Shown here: positions 10,535 to 22,000 of the stretch, in pieces
Numbering within the stretch: the stretch's first letter is position 1
How the letters are laid out: every line of letters starts with the position of its first letter
IMG/VR virus record: IMGVR_UViG_3300010149_000010
DNA: 64,000 nt
Direction: 5' to 3' (one strand)
DNA from: a virus
The notes under the pieces: model-generated
Database searches by the model: none
The model's input: only the letters and a program-made list of their open reading frames with translations
What the model was told of the DNA's origin: nothing
Position numbers and translations under genes: made by a program

Positions 10535-12755
10535 TTAGAATCCCCTCGTATATAGCATCTAGATTGTCTTTTTTAACTTTTAACACTGAGCTCAATTCTG
10601 AACATTCATTCAAATTAATTATAGTCGTCGTATCTGTTACTTTATGCTTTATTTCAATGTATTCTTCAGGACTTAGACTTACTCCTCTGTAAGTCATTGG
10701 CAACGACTCTGTTTTTATTAAAATATTTTCATTGTTCGCTGCTATGATCTTTTCTATCGTTTCTTTATTTTGCTTTATATTTTTGCAACTCAACCCCTCT
10801 TCAAAGATCTTCATTATAAGTTTAATAAAACGCACTAAGTGGGCAATCATTTGAACTTCTCCAAGAAGCTTAAATTCAGACGCCACTGTATCTCCAATAA
10901 AAACTTGTAAAGCTTTTAATGTTTGAATAATTTTCCCCACCTGTTCATTCATCCAGAGTTTTGCTTTCATAAGATATGCAATTATTGTTTTTTCAACCCA
11001 TTGAAAGGGATCGCTAGATTCGATTTTTGCTACCCAGCCTTTAGGCCTGTAGTTAATTAAATCTTTTGGCTGCCTGTACTGGTTGCTTACATCAACTCCA
11101 TACTTGGCGAAAGCGTAATCTATCGCGTTCCAGTCGCTTTTCTTTATGCTTGAGTCTCTAGCTTCGATAGGGCCTATCAATGGTATCTTGCTGTTACTGT
11201 TTGGGTTAAAATCAAAATTTAATTTTTTATTTGGTTTTTTTGATTTACTAAAAAATGGTGTGGTTATTTCTTTTGTGTCTGCTACAAAATCAAAATTAAA
11301 AAAGTCTTTTTCGCTTTCTAGCTTTTCTTTTTTTTCTGCCGCTTCTATTTTTTTTTCATATGAACGTTTAAGCTCATCTCCTTGACCTTTGATTTCATTG
11401 CTTTTAGTTTTGTAACTATGGTTCAAGTAATGTTTCAAATCAGAGTTGTCTGGATCTTTCAAGTACTCCTCAAGCATTTTTTGAGTGTTACTCAAGGTAT
11501 ATGTTGGGGTGTTGTTTTGAATGGTTGTTTCTTTTAACCATTCAGCAAATTCTTCCAGCTCCTCTGGAACTTTCTTGCTACTGTATCCCTTCATATCACT
11601 TTCTTCTTCTTGGAGCTTGTCATTCATTTCTTCTATGAGATCATCGTACTCCTGTTTTAAGTCTACTGATGCGGGGTCAAACCAGCTGTTTGGTGTCACC
11701 TTTTGAACAGCATAACCCACTTGATTCACTGCACTTATTGTTTCCTTAGTTATTCTTTCCCCAGAAGCGACGATACTCTTAATTGCGCTCATGACGGTTC
11801 TCAAAGAGTTAATAATACAATCAATGAAAGGATTTACAATTTTAGGAACAGACTCTACCGCTTGTACTAAATAGTTTAATACGGCCTTGATCATACTTCC
11901 AAACATCGACGTCCAATCAAACCTAACCTTAGCTAAATCCATTGAATACTTTGCAAAAAGTGTTGGCAAGACTAGGTTTATGCCTATCAGGTTTGCTGGG
12001 CAGCTAAAGTTAGCTCCAAAGTTACCTAAGAAAGCACAAAGAGAGCCATACAACTGTGAAGGGTCCATTGCTTTCTTCATGAGCTTGAGGGTGCTCGCTA
12101 CTTGCTTTAACAGTTTATCTAAGTTAAACACAAATTCAAGTGAAGGTAGTGTCAGCTTGAAGTCGATGTCAATCATGCAGTTTAAGCATTCTTCTACGCT
12201 AAGCTTATAAGTTTTCCCACCTATATCTACGGTTGGCGCGTTTTTATCTATGTAATCTGTTACTTTAGCTCCGAAACTTTGATTATACTCGTTCGTGAAT
12301 TTCTTTCTATACTCATACCCTACATTTCCATCTTTCTCATTAAGCAGGTCCAAGTTCTTCTTTACAACAGCGTCTTGCGGATCCCACCACTCTTCAGTAG
12401 GCTCCCCTTTGCTGTCTGTAAAAGAGCATCTCGAATAAAAATGATCCACTTTTTCTTTCGCATTTAAGCTTGAAACTTTTGTTGTTACTGCTTCTCGTGG
12501 GTCGCTTCTCTGCTCATCTAAAACTACCGCGTTGACTATGTCTCCCATAGAGCTTTCTGCGGATAGTAATGAGAGTTCTATAGTTGATTGCATCCCAGTT
12601 AAGGGGTGCTGGTAAGCCGTCAATATAACTTCTTCTGAAGGGTCCCCCTTTCCAACCTCTTTAAACATGCCTTCTTCATACGCTTGTATCAATGCTATTG
12701 CATCGAAAAGCAATAAGTCGTCATCGTTTAAAATTTTACCTTCCATCAGAAACAT
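10518..12755 (-). CDS. Hypothetical protein, probably virion-associated
   Basis: 745-aa ORF overlapping neighbours in the late operon. Confidence 0.5.
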   Translation of the reverse strand: MFLMEGKILNDDDLLLFDAIALIQAYEEGMFKEVGKGDPSEEVILTAYQHPLTGMQSTIELSLLSAESSMGDIVNAVVLDEQRSDPREAVTTKVSSLNAKEKVDHFYSRCSFTDSKGEPTEEWWDPQDAVVKKNLDLLNEKDGNVGYEYRKKFTNEYNQSFGAKVTDYIDKNAPTVDIGGKTYKLSVEECLNCMIDIDFKLTLPSLEFVFNLDKLLKQVASTLKLMKKAMDPSQLYGSLCAFLGNFGANFSCPANLIGINLVLPTLFAKYSMDLAKVRFDWTSMFGSMIKAVLNYLVQAVESVPKIVNPFIDCIINSLRTVMSAIKSIVASGERITKETISAVNQVGYAVQKVTPNSWFDPASVDLKQEYDDLIEEMNDKLQEEESDMKGYSSKKVPEELEEFAEWLKETTIQNNTPTYTLSNTQKMLEEYLKDPDNSDLKHYLNHSYKTKSNEIKGQGDELKRSYEKKIEAAEKKEKLESEKDFFNFDFVADTKEITTPFFSKSKKPNKKLNFDFNPNSNSKIPLIGPIEARDSSIKKSDWNAIDYAFAKYGVDVSNQYRQPKDLINYRPKGWVAKIESSDPFQWVEKTIIAYLMKAKLWMNEQVGKIIQTLKALQVFIGDTVASEFKLLGEVQMIAHLVRFIKLIMKIFEEGLSCKNIKQNKETIEKIIAANNENILIKTESLPMTYRGVSLSPEEYIEIKHKVTDTTTIINLNECSELSSVLKVKKDNLDAIYEGILNGLHA

Positions 12756-13059
12756 CCTTGTATTTCGATCGTTTAGAGCGCGGTTTTTCTAAATTACTTT
12801 TGTATTCCATAGCTTTTAAAACCGCAGTTTCTCTTTCTGAAATTATGTCACCTTCAAGATCATCTAAGATTTCTGGATTCAATCTTTTAATCACAGTCAT
12901 CAAAAGATTCAGTCGAGAAACAAGATTGTCAAGATCTTCTATTGTAGCAAAATCTCTTGCTATTTTTTTAAACATCTTTTGATATTGCTCTTCAAGCTCA
13001 TTTTCCCCACTGTCGAAATCGTTATCATAGCCTTTTTGCATGTTTTTAAATACTCCCAT
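12736..13059 (-). CDS. Hypothetical protein
   Basis: 107-aa ORF overlapping neighbours. Confidence 0.55.
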   Translation of the reverse strand: MGVFKNMQKGYDNDFDSGENELEEQYQKMFKKIARDFATIEDLDNLVSRLNLLMTVIKRLNPEILDDLEGDIISERETAVLKAMEYKSNLEKPRSKRSKYKDVSDGR

Positions 13060-13531
13060 TTTCTGCTATCCCTTCTACTATTTCTAACGTTTCTGAAAGT
13101 TCGATAACGCGCTTCAATTCCACTAATGTCATGTAATCGTTATAGGTTATTTCGTTTTTAATCCCACCAAAAGTATTTGTTGCGCAGGTTTTTAACCTTG
13201 TATTTCTCGAAATGTCTAACGTGAAACTGTTACTTGACTCCCTGACAGATCTGTCTATTTCGCTTTTTCTATCTTTTATGTTCTTTATGAGCATTCGTGA
13301 TTTTTGTTTGAGCTGGGTTAACTTTTCTTTTAATACTCTCGATTCTTTTTCAGTAAAAGCTCTTTCAGGATTTTCTCTAAGGCTCTTCATCATTGTTTCT
13401 AAAGCTGGATCTGACATGTCTTCTTTAGAGAGTTTTTGCTCTTCGTTCAGCTTACTACTAAAACCTTTTAGCAGCTCTTCTTTTTCGAAAAGTATCTTGT
13501 TATCAAACACGTCATCAAAAAAATCAGACAT
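13046..13531 (-). CDS. Hypothetical coiled-coil protein
   Basis: 161-aa ORF coupled to neighbours. Confidence 0.55.
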   Translation of the reverse strand: MSDFFDDVFDNKILFEKEELLKGFSSKLNEEQKLSKEDMSDPALETMMKSLRENPERAFTEKESRVLKEKLTQLKQKSRMLIKNIKDRKSEIDRSVRESSNSFTLDISRNTRLKTCATNTFGGIKNEITYNDYMTLVELKRVIELSETLEIVEGIAENGSI

Positions 13532-13968
13532 TAAATTACCCCATCGACCAACTTTTTGAAGTATTTTAAACTTAAGTTTATGTCCGTCTTGTATTGCGGA
13601 TCTGTATGTCCAGGGCAGAAAACTCTAACCCATACAGGGAATAAAGATTCTGTATTGGCAACTTCGGAAGAGCCTATGTTGGCGGGTAATGTAATCTCAT
13701 TATTTACTATTACATCGCCCCACTCTTTTTCTGTTGGTTGCTCAGATCCAAATTTTAATTTAACAGACCACCCAGAAGCGCTAAATATACCACCCAACTC
13801 AAGATCTGCCATTTCTATTTTTAATCTTATGTTTTCGTAATAAAACTCAGGAAATTGATTTTTAAAGTAAAAAACAAATTCTTGTTGCCCACCTGTGAAA
13901 CCATTGTGCTCTGTTACAAAAGGGCCGGTTATAGGCTGTAACTCAGAATCCAATATAATTAAACTCAT
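13531..13968 (-). CDS. Hypothetical beta-rich structural protein
   Basis: 145-aa ORF with alternating hydrophobic strands; coupled to neighbours. Confidence 0.5.
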   Translation of the reverse strand: MSLIILDSELQPITGPFVTEHNGFTGGQQEFVFYFKNQFPEFYYENIRLKIEMADLELGGIFSASGWSVKLKFGSEQPTEKEWGDVIVNNEITLPANIGSSEVANTESLFPVWVRVFCPGHTDPQYKTDINLSLKYFKKLVDGVI

Positions 13969-15704
13969 ATTCTGTTTCCTCTGTGTGCATTGAAGCCACG
14001 ACGATAATCACGTCTATCTGCATTGCCAGTAAAAGCTACTCCTGATAACATACCACCACCAAGAACTAAAGCTCTATTGTTCATTGCAACATTCTTTTCT
14101 TTATTAGGGTTCAACATGTCTCTCATCTTCTTTTTGCCAAACCCTTTTAAACGTTCATCATCGTCACTCATCTTTTGAATCGCAGTTAAGTTTTGGCGTC
14201 TAGCTTGACCCCCTGTTAATGGGTCTGTCTCTATGGCGGTTCTTGTTTTTAAATCGCCAGCGTTGTTTGAACCAGTATATAGATCATCAACAGTTTGTCC
14301 TGCGTTCTTTTTATTTGGCAATCCCAAATCTGAAACTTTTAAATCCCCTCTTCCACTATTAGCTAATTCTTTTATTGTTGTTCCTTTTGCAGCAATTGTT
14401 CTTCTTGCACCTTCTTCTGCCATATCATCTCCAAGTATGTTTTTCATCATAGCACCTTCTATATCGCCCATAGAGCCAGCAACACCCTTAGCTATACCCT
14501 TTACACTTAATGCACCAAGACCGCCCACTGCTGCGCCTTCTGTGAAGTCACCGCCCATAGCAACGTTAGCACCACCAGCTAAACCTGCTACTGCAGCAAT
14601 ACCCATTACGCTTTCCATCCCAGTGCCTTCACCAGCCATACCTCTTAGAAGAGCATTGGGGCTAGCTGTAGCTCCTGCACGACTAAAACCACCGTACATG
14701 TTGCCAATCTCACTCTGGTTCTTAAGCATGGACTGCATGCCTTCTTCGCTGAGTTGCCCACCTTCATCACCAACTCTTTTTACTTCACCTCTAAAGGCTT
14801 CAAGTCCTTTAACCCCTTCCTCATCCAATCCGCCTTTTTTTAACACCCCTGCGAATTCATCACCACTTTTACCGAAAGCATCTTTTAGTACACTTGACTC
14901 AACGCCAAATGCTTCTGCCGTTGCTTCCGAAGAAAATACGTTCTTGTAACTTTGTTCAAAGTTTTGTCCAGCTTCTGCCGCAGCTCTCCCTGAGGTATCT
15001 CCTGCAAGGCCTCTTGTTACAGGGTTGTTGCTTACTGCATCCATTGTCGCTCCTGCTGCTTTTCTTACAGCGTCTGGCCCTTCAGTCACAAGTCGGCCAA
15101 CCAACCCTTGAACACCCGTATTTGGGTTTCCCAGCCTCTCAGCAACACTTTCGATAGAATCAATGCCACTTTTAGCAACATCACCAAGGCTATCAAGTCC
15201 GCTTTTAGCGGCTCCACCTACTCTTTCACCAACATGAGTAGCAAAACCTGCCACACTTTCAGCACCAGATTTTAAATCACTTTTAACTGCATCAAATATT
15301 ATGCCGCCACCTTCATTTAACGCCCCACCTATATCAGAAACACCCTGCTTTGCAGCCCTTGCAGCGTTTACTGTAGTATCTACTGCGCCTCCAACCCTAT
15401 CTCCAAGCAATAGTCTTGGTATTGTTGTCGGCTTTATATCTCTTCGATAGCTGGTAACAGCTTCGTCAGCTCGAATCTTTCTTGCAGCGTGTGTGTTTGA
15501 ACTACTTATAAACTCCCTTTGTTGCGCTGCATTCATCTGTTCGAAGCCAGCATCACCACCAACATCACTTCTTTTAGCGCTATTTGCAAAGTTTTGAACT
15601 TGCCTAGCAGTTTTTTTTCTACCACTTCCTAAAAAAGTTCTTACTGCAGCTAAATCTACAGCCTCCGTAGCCTCGCCTGCTAAAAGTCTTGGGATTATAC
15701 TCAT
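13965..15704 (-). CDS. Gly/Ala-rich putative internal virion (ejection) protein
   Basis: 579 aa, G/A-rich helical repeats with hydrophobic glycine-zipper-like segments. Confidence 0.45.
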   Translation of the reverse strand: MSIIPRLLAGEATEAVDLAAVRTFLGSGRKKTARQVQNFANSAKRSDVGGDAGFEQMNAAQQREFISSSNTHAARKIRADEAVTSYRRDIKPTTIPRLLLGDRVGGAVDTTVNAARAAKQGVSDIGGALNEGGGIIFDAVKSDLKSGAESVAGFATHVGERVGGAAKSGLDSLGDVAKSGIDSIESVAERLGNPNTGVQGLVGRLVTEGPDAVRKAAGATMDAVSNNPVTRGLAGDTSGRAAAEAGQNFEQSYKNVFSSEATAEAFGVESSVLKDAFGKSGDEFAGVLKKGGLDEEGVKGLEAFRGEVKRVGDEGGQLSEEGMQSMLKNQSEIGNMYGGFSRAGATASPNALLRGMAGEGTGMESVMGIAAVAGLAGGANVAMGGDFTEGAAVGGLGALSVKGIAKGVAGSMGDIEGAMMKNILGDDMAEEGARRTIAAKGTTIKELANSGRGDLKVSDLGLPNKKNAGQTVDDLYTGSNNAGDLKTRTAIETDPLTGGQARRQNLTAIQKMSDDDERLKGFGKKKMRDMLNPNKEKNVAMNNRALVLGGGMLSGVAFTGNADRRDYRRGFNAHRGNRI

Positions 15705-15707
15705 GTT

Positions 15708-17915
15708 TTATCTCCAGCTTCTTTTTTTACGACCAAAGCGGCCACGTTTCGGAGCGCGATGCAATTCGCTTATCGGTGTCATACCTTGCTCAGTACCTCT
15801 ATAAGAGTTAATACCTTCTAGTATGGAAATAGGTTTTTCTTCTTTTATACTACGAGAACGGCTACTTTTTCCATCTTCTGGCCACAAACCTTGCGATTTG
15901 TATTTTTCTTTTATCATTCTATCTTCTTCGTCTGAACCACCACCTCTCATAATATTTAAAACATTTAAATCGCCCGAAGAGCCTTGTTTCTTTTTCGCCT
16001 CGTATAAGTCTCTAACTTGTTCACTCGGAGATCTGTAAATATTTCTTATTGTTTCCGCTTTATGAAAGCTGGGAGCGCTTATTTGCATTTGGCTACCCGA
16101 GTAGATAGACTCTTCTAACACCAAGCCGCCAAGAGCAAGCATGAAAGCGTCAAGCCTGTGGTCTCCCACTTTTTCATTTTGCTTCCCGTATACAGGCTTA
16201 TTGTTTTGCTTGTTCCGTTTTTCAATAATAAAATTGAAGAACTGGTTTTTTAAAACTTCTTCTTCTACTGGAAATTTGAACAAACCATCTTGAAGTATTC
16301 TTACTGCGTTCTCCACAAGAAAATGCTTGCCGGATTTTTTTATATCAGCATTTGTTATAGGGTCTTTTAACTTTATGTTACTGCTGAAATTAAAAGCTAC
16401 CAACCTGTCAGCTATGAGTACTGTTTCTTGCTCTTTGGCAGTTTTGTTCTTTTTAGCTCGAAGTGTATATGATTGGTATTTTATGTCTTCAATTATTGTA
16501 TGCCCATATCCTTCATCTGCGTAAATGTGATCTGGTTTCCACTTGTAGTTTAGATCTACCAGCTCTCTAATCCATCTTTTAGCGCTAAACTCTGAGTGCG
16601 GCACATTAACAGCATCTAAAGCCAGCCAAATTTTACTGCCAGGAAAATACCCAATTACATAAAATTCCGTTCCTGCATTTTTATTCCAGTCGATACCAAT
16701 AGCTATTGTTCTTTCACTTGCATTTCTTAACCCTAGTTTTCTCTCTAGTACTTGGGGCGAGTAAGCCTCGTCATAGGTATAATCTATACGTGCGTTATAA
16801 ACCCAATCCTTTTTAAATACACCTTGTTGGTCTTCTATGAAAACAGCCATATATTCTGCCATAAAGGACTCTTGAGTAGAATCTCTTAGGATCTCTTCTT
16901 TAATCTGCTCCCAATGAGGAATAACTGAAGAGGGTAAAAAGTCTTCCCTAAAATCATCTCTAGACAAGCACCATTCATGAAACTTGCCCTTCTTGCCAAT
17001 CGGAGTGGAAGTAGCTATAAGAATCGTATCAGGCGTTGTAGCTAAAATTGGATTGATGACTTTGTCCAACACCTCTTCTGGAATCATGTCCATCTCATCC
17101 AAGTAAACAATAGAAGCGGACTGACCACGCATAGTGCCACCACCACTACCATCAGATCTCATGCCTATACCCGATACAAAACCTTGCACCACTGCACCAT
17201 TTTTGAATTCCATCTTATACGTTGGGGTTTTTATGTACAGGCTATCTCCAGTGCCAGAAGAAACTTCGTTCATTAACTCTAAATTTCTTTTTAAAAGTTT
17301 TTCCATCTCTTCAAACAAGTTTGTTAATTGTGCCTGATAAGGAGTAACAATCATTATCGCAGGCCCCATATAAACTATGTTACCTTGTGAGTCTCTACCT
17401 CTATCTAGTTTTAAATTGTACGCGTAATATAAAAGTTTCAACGCTATCGCAAATGATTTTCCTGAGCGACGACCCTCTCTTACTGCCATCCTTTTGGAAG
17501 TGCATCGAATCTGCTCTTTCTGATAAGATCTCAAAAACCATTTATCATCTTTGTCCGAAAAACCAAACATTAGCTCCACCCAAGCAGCAGGGTCTATTGA
17601 TGCTTTTAGTATTTTTCGCGCTTGATCTTCAGGGATTTCAGCCTCTTTAGAAATCTCTTTTATTCTTGACGCTGCACCATCAGGTAATTTTCTTGGTATA
17701 TAAGTGCATTTTATCCTGTTCGAGCCGTATTTATTTATTTGTCTTATCTGGCAGGTTACGCAGGTTTTGTGGACATCTGTTTTTAAAGAAAATTCTCTCT
17801 TGAAATAAGTCAGCAATTCTTCTGGAATTGTTGCGTCTGGATCTTGATGACTTACACCATACTCGTTTGTAACATAAAGCTCACTCTCTATTAGCTTTTT
17901 AAGTTTAGGATGCAT
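15708..17915 (-). CDS. terL: Terminase large subunit
   Basis: LRSYQ adenine-binding motif, Walker A REGRRSGKS, Walker B IVYLDEMD, coupling motif ATSTP, nuclease IGIDWN..YADEG..DHRLDA. Confidence 0.93.
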   Translation of the reverse strand: MHPKLKKLIESELYVTNEYGVSHQDPDATIPEELLTYFKREFSLKTDVHKTCVTCQIRQINKYGSNRIKCTYIPRKLPDGAASRIKEISKEAEIPEDQARKILKASIDPAAWVELMFGFSDKDDKWFLRSYQKEQIRCTSKRMAVREGRRSGKSFAIALKLLYYAYNLKLDRGRDSQGNIVYMGPAIMIVTPYQAQLTNLFEEMEKLLKRNLELMNEVSSGTGDSLYIKTPTYKMEFKNGAVVQGFVSGIGMRSDGSGGGTMRGQSASIVYLDEMDMIPEEVLDKVINPILATTPDTILIATSTPIGKKGKFHEWCLSRDDFREDFLPSSVIPHWEQIKEEILRDSTQESFMAEYMAVFIEDQQGVFKKDWVYNARIDYTYDEAYSPQVLERKLGLRNASERTIAIGIDWNKNAGTEFYVIGYFPGSKIWLALDAVNVPHSEFSAKRWIRELVDLNYKWKPDHIYADEGYGHTIIEDIKYQSYTLRAKKNKTAKEQETVLIADRLVAFNFSSNIKLKDPITNADIKKSGKHFLVENAVRILQDGLFKFPVEEEVLKNQFFNFIIEKRNKQNNKPVYGKQNEKVGDHRLDAFMLALGGLVLEESIYSGSQMQISAPSFHKAETIRNIYRSPSEQVRDLYEAKKKQGSSGDLNVLNIMRGGGSDEEDRMIKEKYKSQGLWPEDGKSSRSRSIKEEKPISILEGINSYRGTEQGMTPISELHRAPKRGRFGRKKRSWR

Positions 17916-17916
17916 A

Positions 17917-19017
17917 TTACCTCCTGTGGTGAGAGAACATGTCTCTATTCATGTGTACTATTGAAGCTTCCTGACCGAAAGCAGACCTAGCGTTTGTATG
18001 CGACTTATGCATTGATTGTATAGCTCTTTGTCTCATAGTGACAGCATTTTGTGTAAAGTGTGCAGAAACATCTGAAGCAAAATTCAAACCCCTTCCTTTT
18101 TCTTCATGCTTGAAGCCTGCTTCCAAAGCCGAATAGGTTGACTTAAATAGCATTGTCCCGGCCATTATACCTATCCCAGCAACGCCCGCTTTTAAAGGCG
18201 TGCCAAACATATAAGATCCAAGCTTTGCACCTCCAGCAGCGCCGAATATACTACCCACCATCCCTGTTACGCCTTCATTTATGTTTAGGTTATATGCCGT
18301 ATTGACGAATCCGGTAGCAGTTTCCGCTGCAGCTCTACCTGCAGCCATACCGGCCATAGCACCAACGTAACCTCCCATAATTGGCATCATCCTACCAACC
18401 ATTGGAGATCCCAGCACGCTTCTTTGTGTTGACGCGCTCTTTACGTCTTTCAGAGCGTTTTCCTTTGTGTTGAAAAACGTTTCCGCTTTTTTCGAATCTG
18501 TTATGTCGTAAAGTATGTTACTTTCTCTCATGCCATGGTAGTTTGCGAAAACATCTTGAATCATGTAATCTCTTAGCCCTACTGCACCTTCTGTTGAAGC
18601 TGCATGAACAGCTCCGAAAGCTGTCATGGCTATAGGTAAACCAATTGATTTTTTCGTTAACTTTTGCAAACCTCCAGCTTTTATAGTTCCATCATTAGCT
18701 CTCGTAAATACATCCCCAACATCATCCGTAAAGTTTACCATTGCTTCTTTATTAAAAAGCCCGCCTCCAGTGGTGAAACGTGCGTTGCTCTGCCCGCCCC
18801 TAACCGTGGTTGCAAAACCAGCCTCACCGCCTGTCTTTTTTGAAAAAACGGGTCCAAAATGATTTTCAGCTGCAAACGTTTCTGCACCAGCTGAATAAAA
18901 CATACCTTGCATAGCTTTAGGTCCAAGCAAGAAAGCGGCGGTTAGCGCTGGAGCAACATTGCCAAAAGTTGTTAAACTCGATTGTCTAAAAGTTTCTAAA
19001 TCTCCAGTATCAAACAT
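17917..19017 (-). CDS. Gly/Ala-rich putative membrane-inserting virion protein
   Basis: 366 aa; glycine-zipper segments GGYVGAMAGMAAG and GSIFGAAGGAKLG. Confidence 0.45.
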   Translation of the reverse strand: MFDTGDLETFRQSSLTTFGNVAPALTAAFLLGPKAMQGMFYSAGAETFAAENHFGPVFSKKTGGEAGFATTVRGGQSNARFTTGGGLFNKEAMVNFTDDVGDVFTRANDGTIKAGGLQKLTKKSIGLPIAMTAFGAVHAASTEGAVGLRDYMIQDVFANYHGMRESNILYDITDSKKAETFFNTKENALKDVKSASTQRSVLGSPMVGRMMPIMGGYVGAMAGMAAGRAAAETATGFVNTAYNLNINEGVTGMVGSIFGAAGGAKLGSYMFGTPLKAGVAGIGIMAGTMLFKSTYSALEAGFKHEEKGRGLNFASDVSAHFTQNAVTMRQRAIQSMHKSHTNARSAFGQEASIVHMNRDMFSHHRR

Positions 19018-19019
19018 GA

Positions 19020-22000
19020 TTACATCCTATGGTGTGAGATTGGCGAATTAAACATATTGTGATTTGCTGCTACCTGCAAACTTTCCATCGCCACTTGCCG
19101 TTTATATTTTTGAATCTTTTTCATTTCATTAGACTCTTGGTTTTGAATCTTGTTTGCTTCATGAACCTTTTTAGCAGAAAGAGTGTCTTTGACTAAATGG
19201 TAATTATTTTCCCTTAAAGATCTACTGTTGAGTTTAGCACCAGACCCTTTAGAACCTCTATTCTTCACCATTCCGCCTAAATCACTTTTCATTTCGTCCA
19301 TATGTGAAAGTATAGAATTAGTATTATAGCCAAAGCTTTGGAGATCTAAATCGTGCGGTAACGAATATTTCCTGTCTGGTTTAAAAACACTTACGCTATT
19401 TTTACTTTGACCTGCTTTAAGTTTTTCTGACACCCCTTTAATGTCGTCCATTATCTGATCAGTTACCCCACCTGAAGATTGAGCTTGATTCATTAAGGAT
19501 CTAATAGACATTAAGTTTGCATTTTTTGCAACTTTTCTAACATTTGCTAAAGTGTTAAAAGTTGTAGTTTCACCACTGGCTCTGACTATCTCTTTGTAAG
19601 CTTGGAAAAAACCTGTCTTCCACATTCCTCTTTTTGAATCTTGCGCATACTCTTGTGCGCTTTCAAAAGCTTGCTGGTTATATATCGGGGGTTTACCCTT
19701 AGATTTGTAGGGTAAGTATGCTGCCGCGCCTCTTCTTACTAACTCTAAGTTTAGATTTTTTCCATCGACGTAAATCATACCAACTTGGCGACCATATGTC
19801 GTGTCATCCGGACTCGTTACTAATCTTACATCTTTAGCTTTGTTGATCAAATCTCTTGCTATAGCTTTTGCTTTTTCCGCATACGGCTGTGCCTTTCTAT
19901 CTGCATGCGCAGTCTCAGGAGCATCAATACCAGCCAAACGTATTGACATTGACTCTTGCTTTCCAGTACCCATAAAATCAGACAAAGGTGAATTTACATT
20001 TCCTTTCCTTTGAATAGATATTGTGTCTGCATCCTGTACGTTTAAATTAAAACGTTTCTTATCAAATTTATACTCTATTAGATTCTTACCTCTCAAAGAC
20101 CCGCCATATGCATCTTCTGAAAGTCTTTCAGCTCCGCTGAAAATAATGTTTTTACTTTCTTTTGAAATACCCATTTGGCGTCTAAAAGCAGTAGAAATAA
20201 ATTTTTTAAAGAAAAATCCTATATCACCTTTTTCGCTAAAGTGCCTCTGTCCAAATTTCTGCTGAATATATCTGTGGCGCTCCCTTCTCATTTGGTGGTC
20301 TTCAAGCACTCCTTGAGTATAAGCAGGGCCTTGATATGGAGATCCAAAATCAGTCAAGGCTTTTCTCATTAACGAGCCAAGCCCCGATTCTTGCATACCT
20401 TCTATACGACCGTACTTTGCTTTTATGCTTTTGACATAAGACTCCTGGTTCCCTCCGTAAAATTGACTTTGCGCTTCAAGAAACTTGCTTAAATCAGGGG
20501 CTATTAACTGTCCTGACTTTTCGTCTTCGTAGCTCGTCTTCGTTGACAGTGCAGCTAACCCTCCAGCAATTGCTGCGTACTTGCCTAAGTGCATTTTTGC
20601 AATTTCTCTAATGCTCTTATTTAAGTATAATGAACTCTTTCTTTTTGCTGACCGACTCACGCTTTCCGCAGCGCTGCTAACTGGAGGGAGCTTCTTGGAG
20701 CCACTACCCCCTTCCAAAGCTTTCGGCACAACCTCTGAAAGATTGCTTTGAGGTTTTGGTTTACTCAAGCCATCAGATATTGTTTCTTTATTTATATGAC
20801 TTCCTAAAGCTTTTGTTGGAACTTCAATTTGCTTTTGCCTAGGCGCCTCTGACCCCATAAAACGCTGTATGTTCCTTAAAAAATCTTCGCTAAACTGCCC
20901 TCCAGACAAGCGCTCTTTAAACATCCGATGCACTTCAGGCGCAGCTTCTGATTGCTGCAAAGCAGCTTTTCTCATTCCAGGGCTATCAGCGATATCGCCT
21001 TCAGAATCTAAAAAGCGCCCGTAAGTTTTTTTTGCCTCTTCTAGTATTTCAGCTTTATCAACATTCTTATAGGTGTCTAAACCATTTAGATGGTCAAAAA
21101 TTTCATCAAAACTCGTTATTCGAACCTGCTTGCTTTGCGGACCTACAGTTATCTTTTCTTTAGATGTGATATCACCAATCTTTTTAGCTTGCTCCACTAC
21201 TCTAAAACCAGGTTTGGACTCTCTAATGGTTACTGCACCTCTATCTATTCTCTCCAGCATGCTTTTTCCTACACGCTGCCTAAAGCCTATCTCGTCCAAA
21301 CCTTTAGAAACTGTTCCGTCTACTAACCTTGCTTCTTGATTGTAATAGTTGCTTAAATGACCATAAGTCATGAATCTGAAATAAGCCCCTTTGCCAGCTT
21401 TAGCTTGAGCAAGGAGTTCTTGTCCCTCACGTCCTCCTATGTCGACTAGACGTTTTGCCTCCAGTTGATCTAAACTTTCTTTGAGTACTTTGTCCTCTGT
21501 TATGGCTACGTCACCTAAAGCCATATGTGATTCAGCTTCACGCATAGCTTTAACTGCATCGTCAATCGATGCAATCTCTCCAGAGTCTTCAGCTAATCTT
21601 AATTGCTCTGTAAATCCAAAAAGACGGCCCTGAACTTCCATTGATAATGAGGTCGGCCCTTTTTGATCTATTATGCCTTCGTTTATCAATTGCGATTGTT
21701 GAGCCTTTACCATATCTATAATATCTCTGACATCGCCCTCTTGAGTGTGTTCTAGTAAGGCTTTATACATTCCTGAAAAATCGCCACTCTTTAAAGCTAA
21801 GGATCTTTGCTTATTGTATTCAACTCCAGTCGTGTAAAAGGGATCTCCTGAAGTAGAAGATACTCCCTCAATAACACCATAGAATGGGTTTTGCGTCAGT
21901 AAATTTTTATTTTCTGCTAGATTTAAAGCAGATAGTTCACTTTGGTATCTTCCATACTGAAAGCCTTCAAAGAATTGCTTCCTGTCTAAGGGTACCAGAC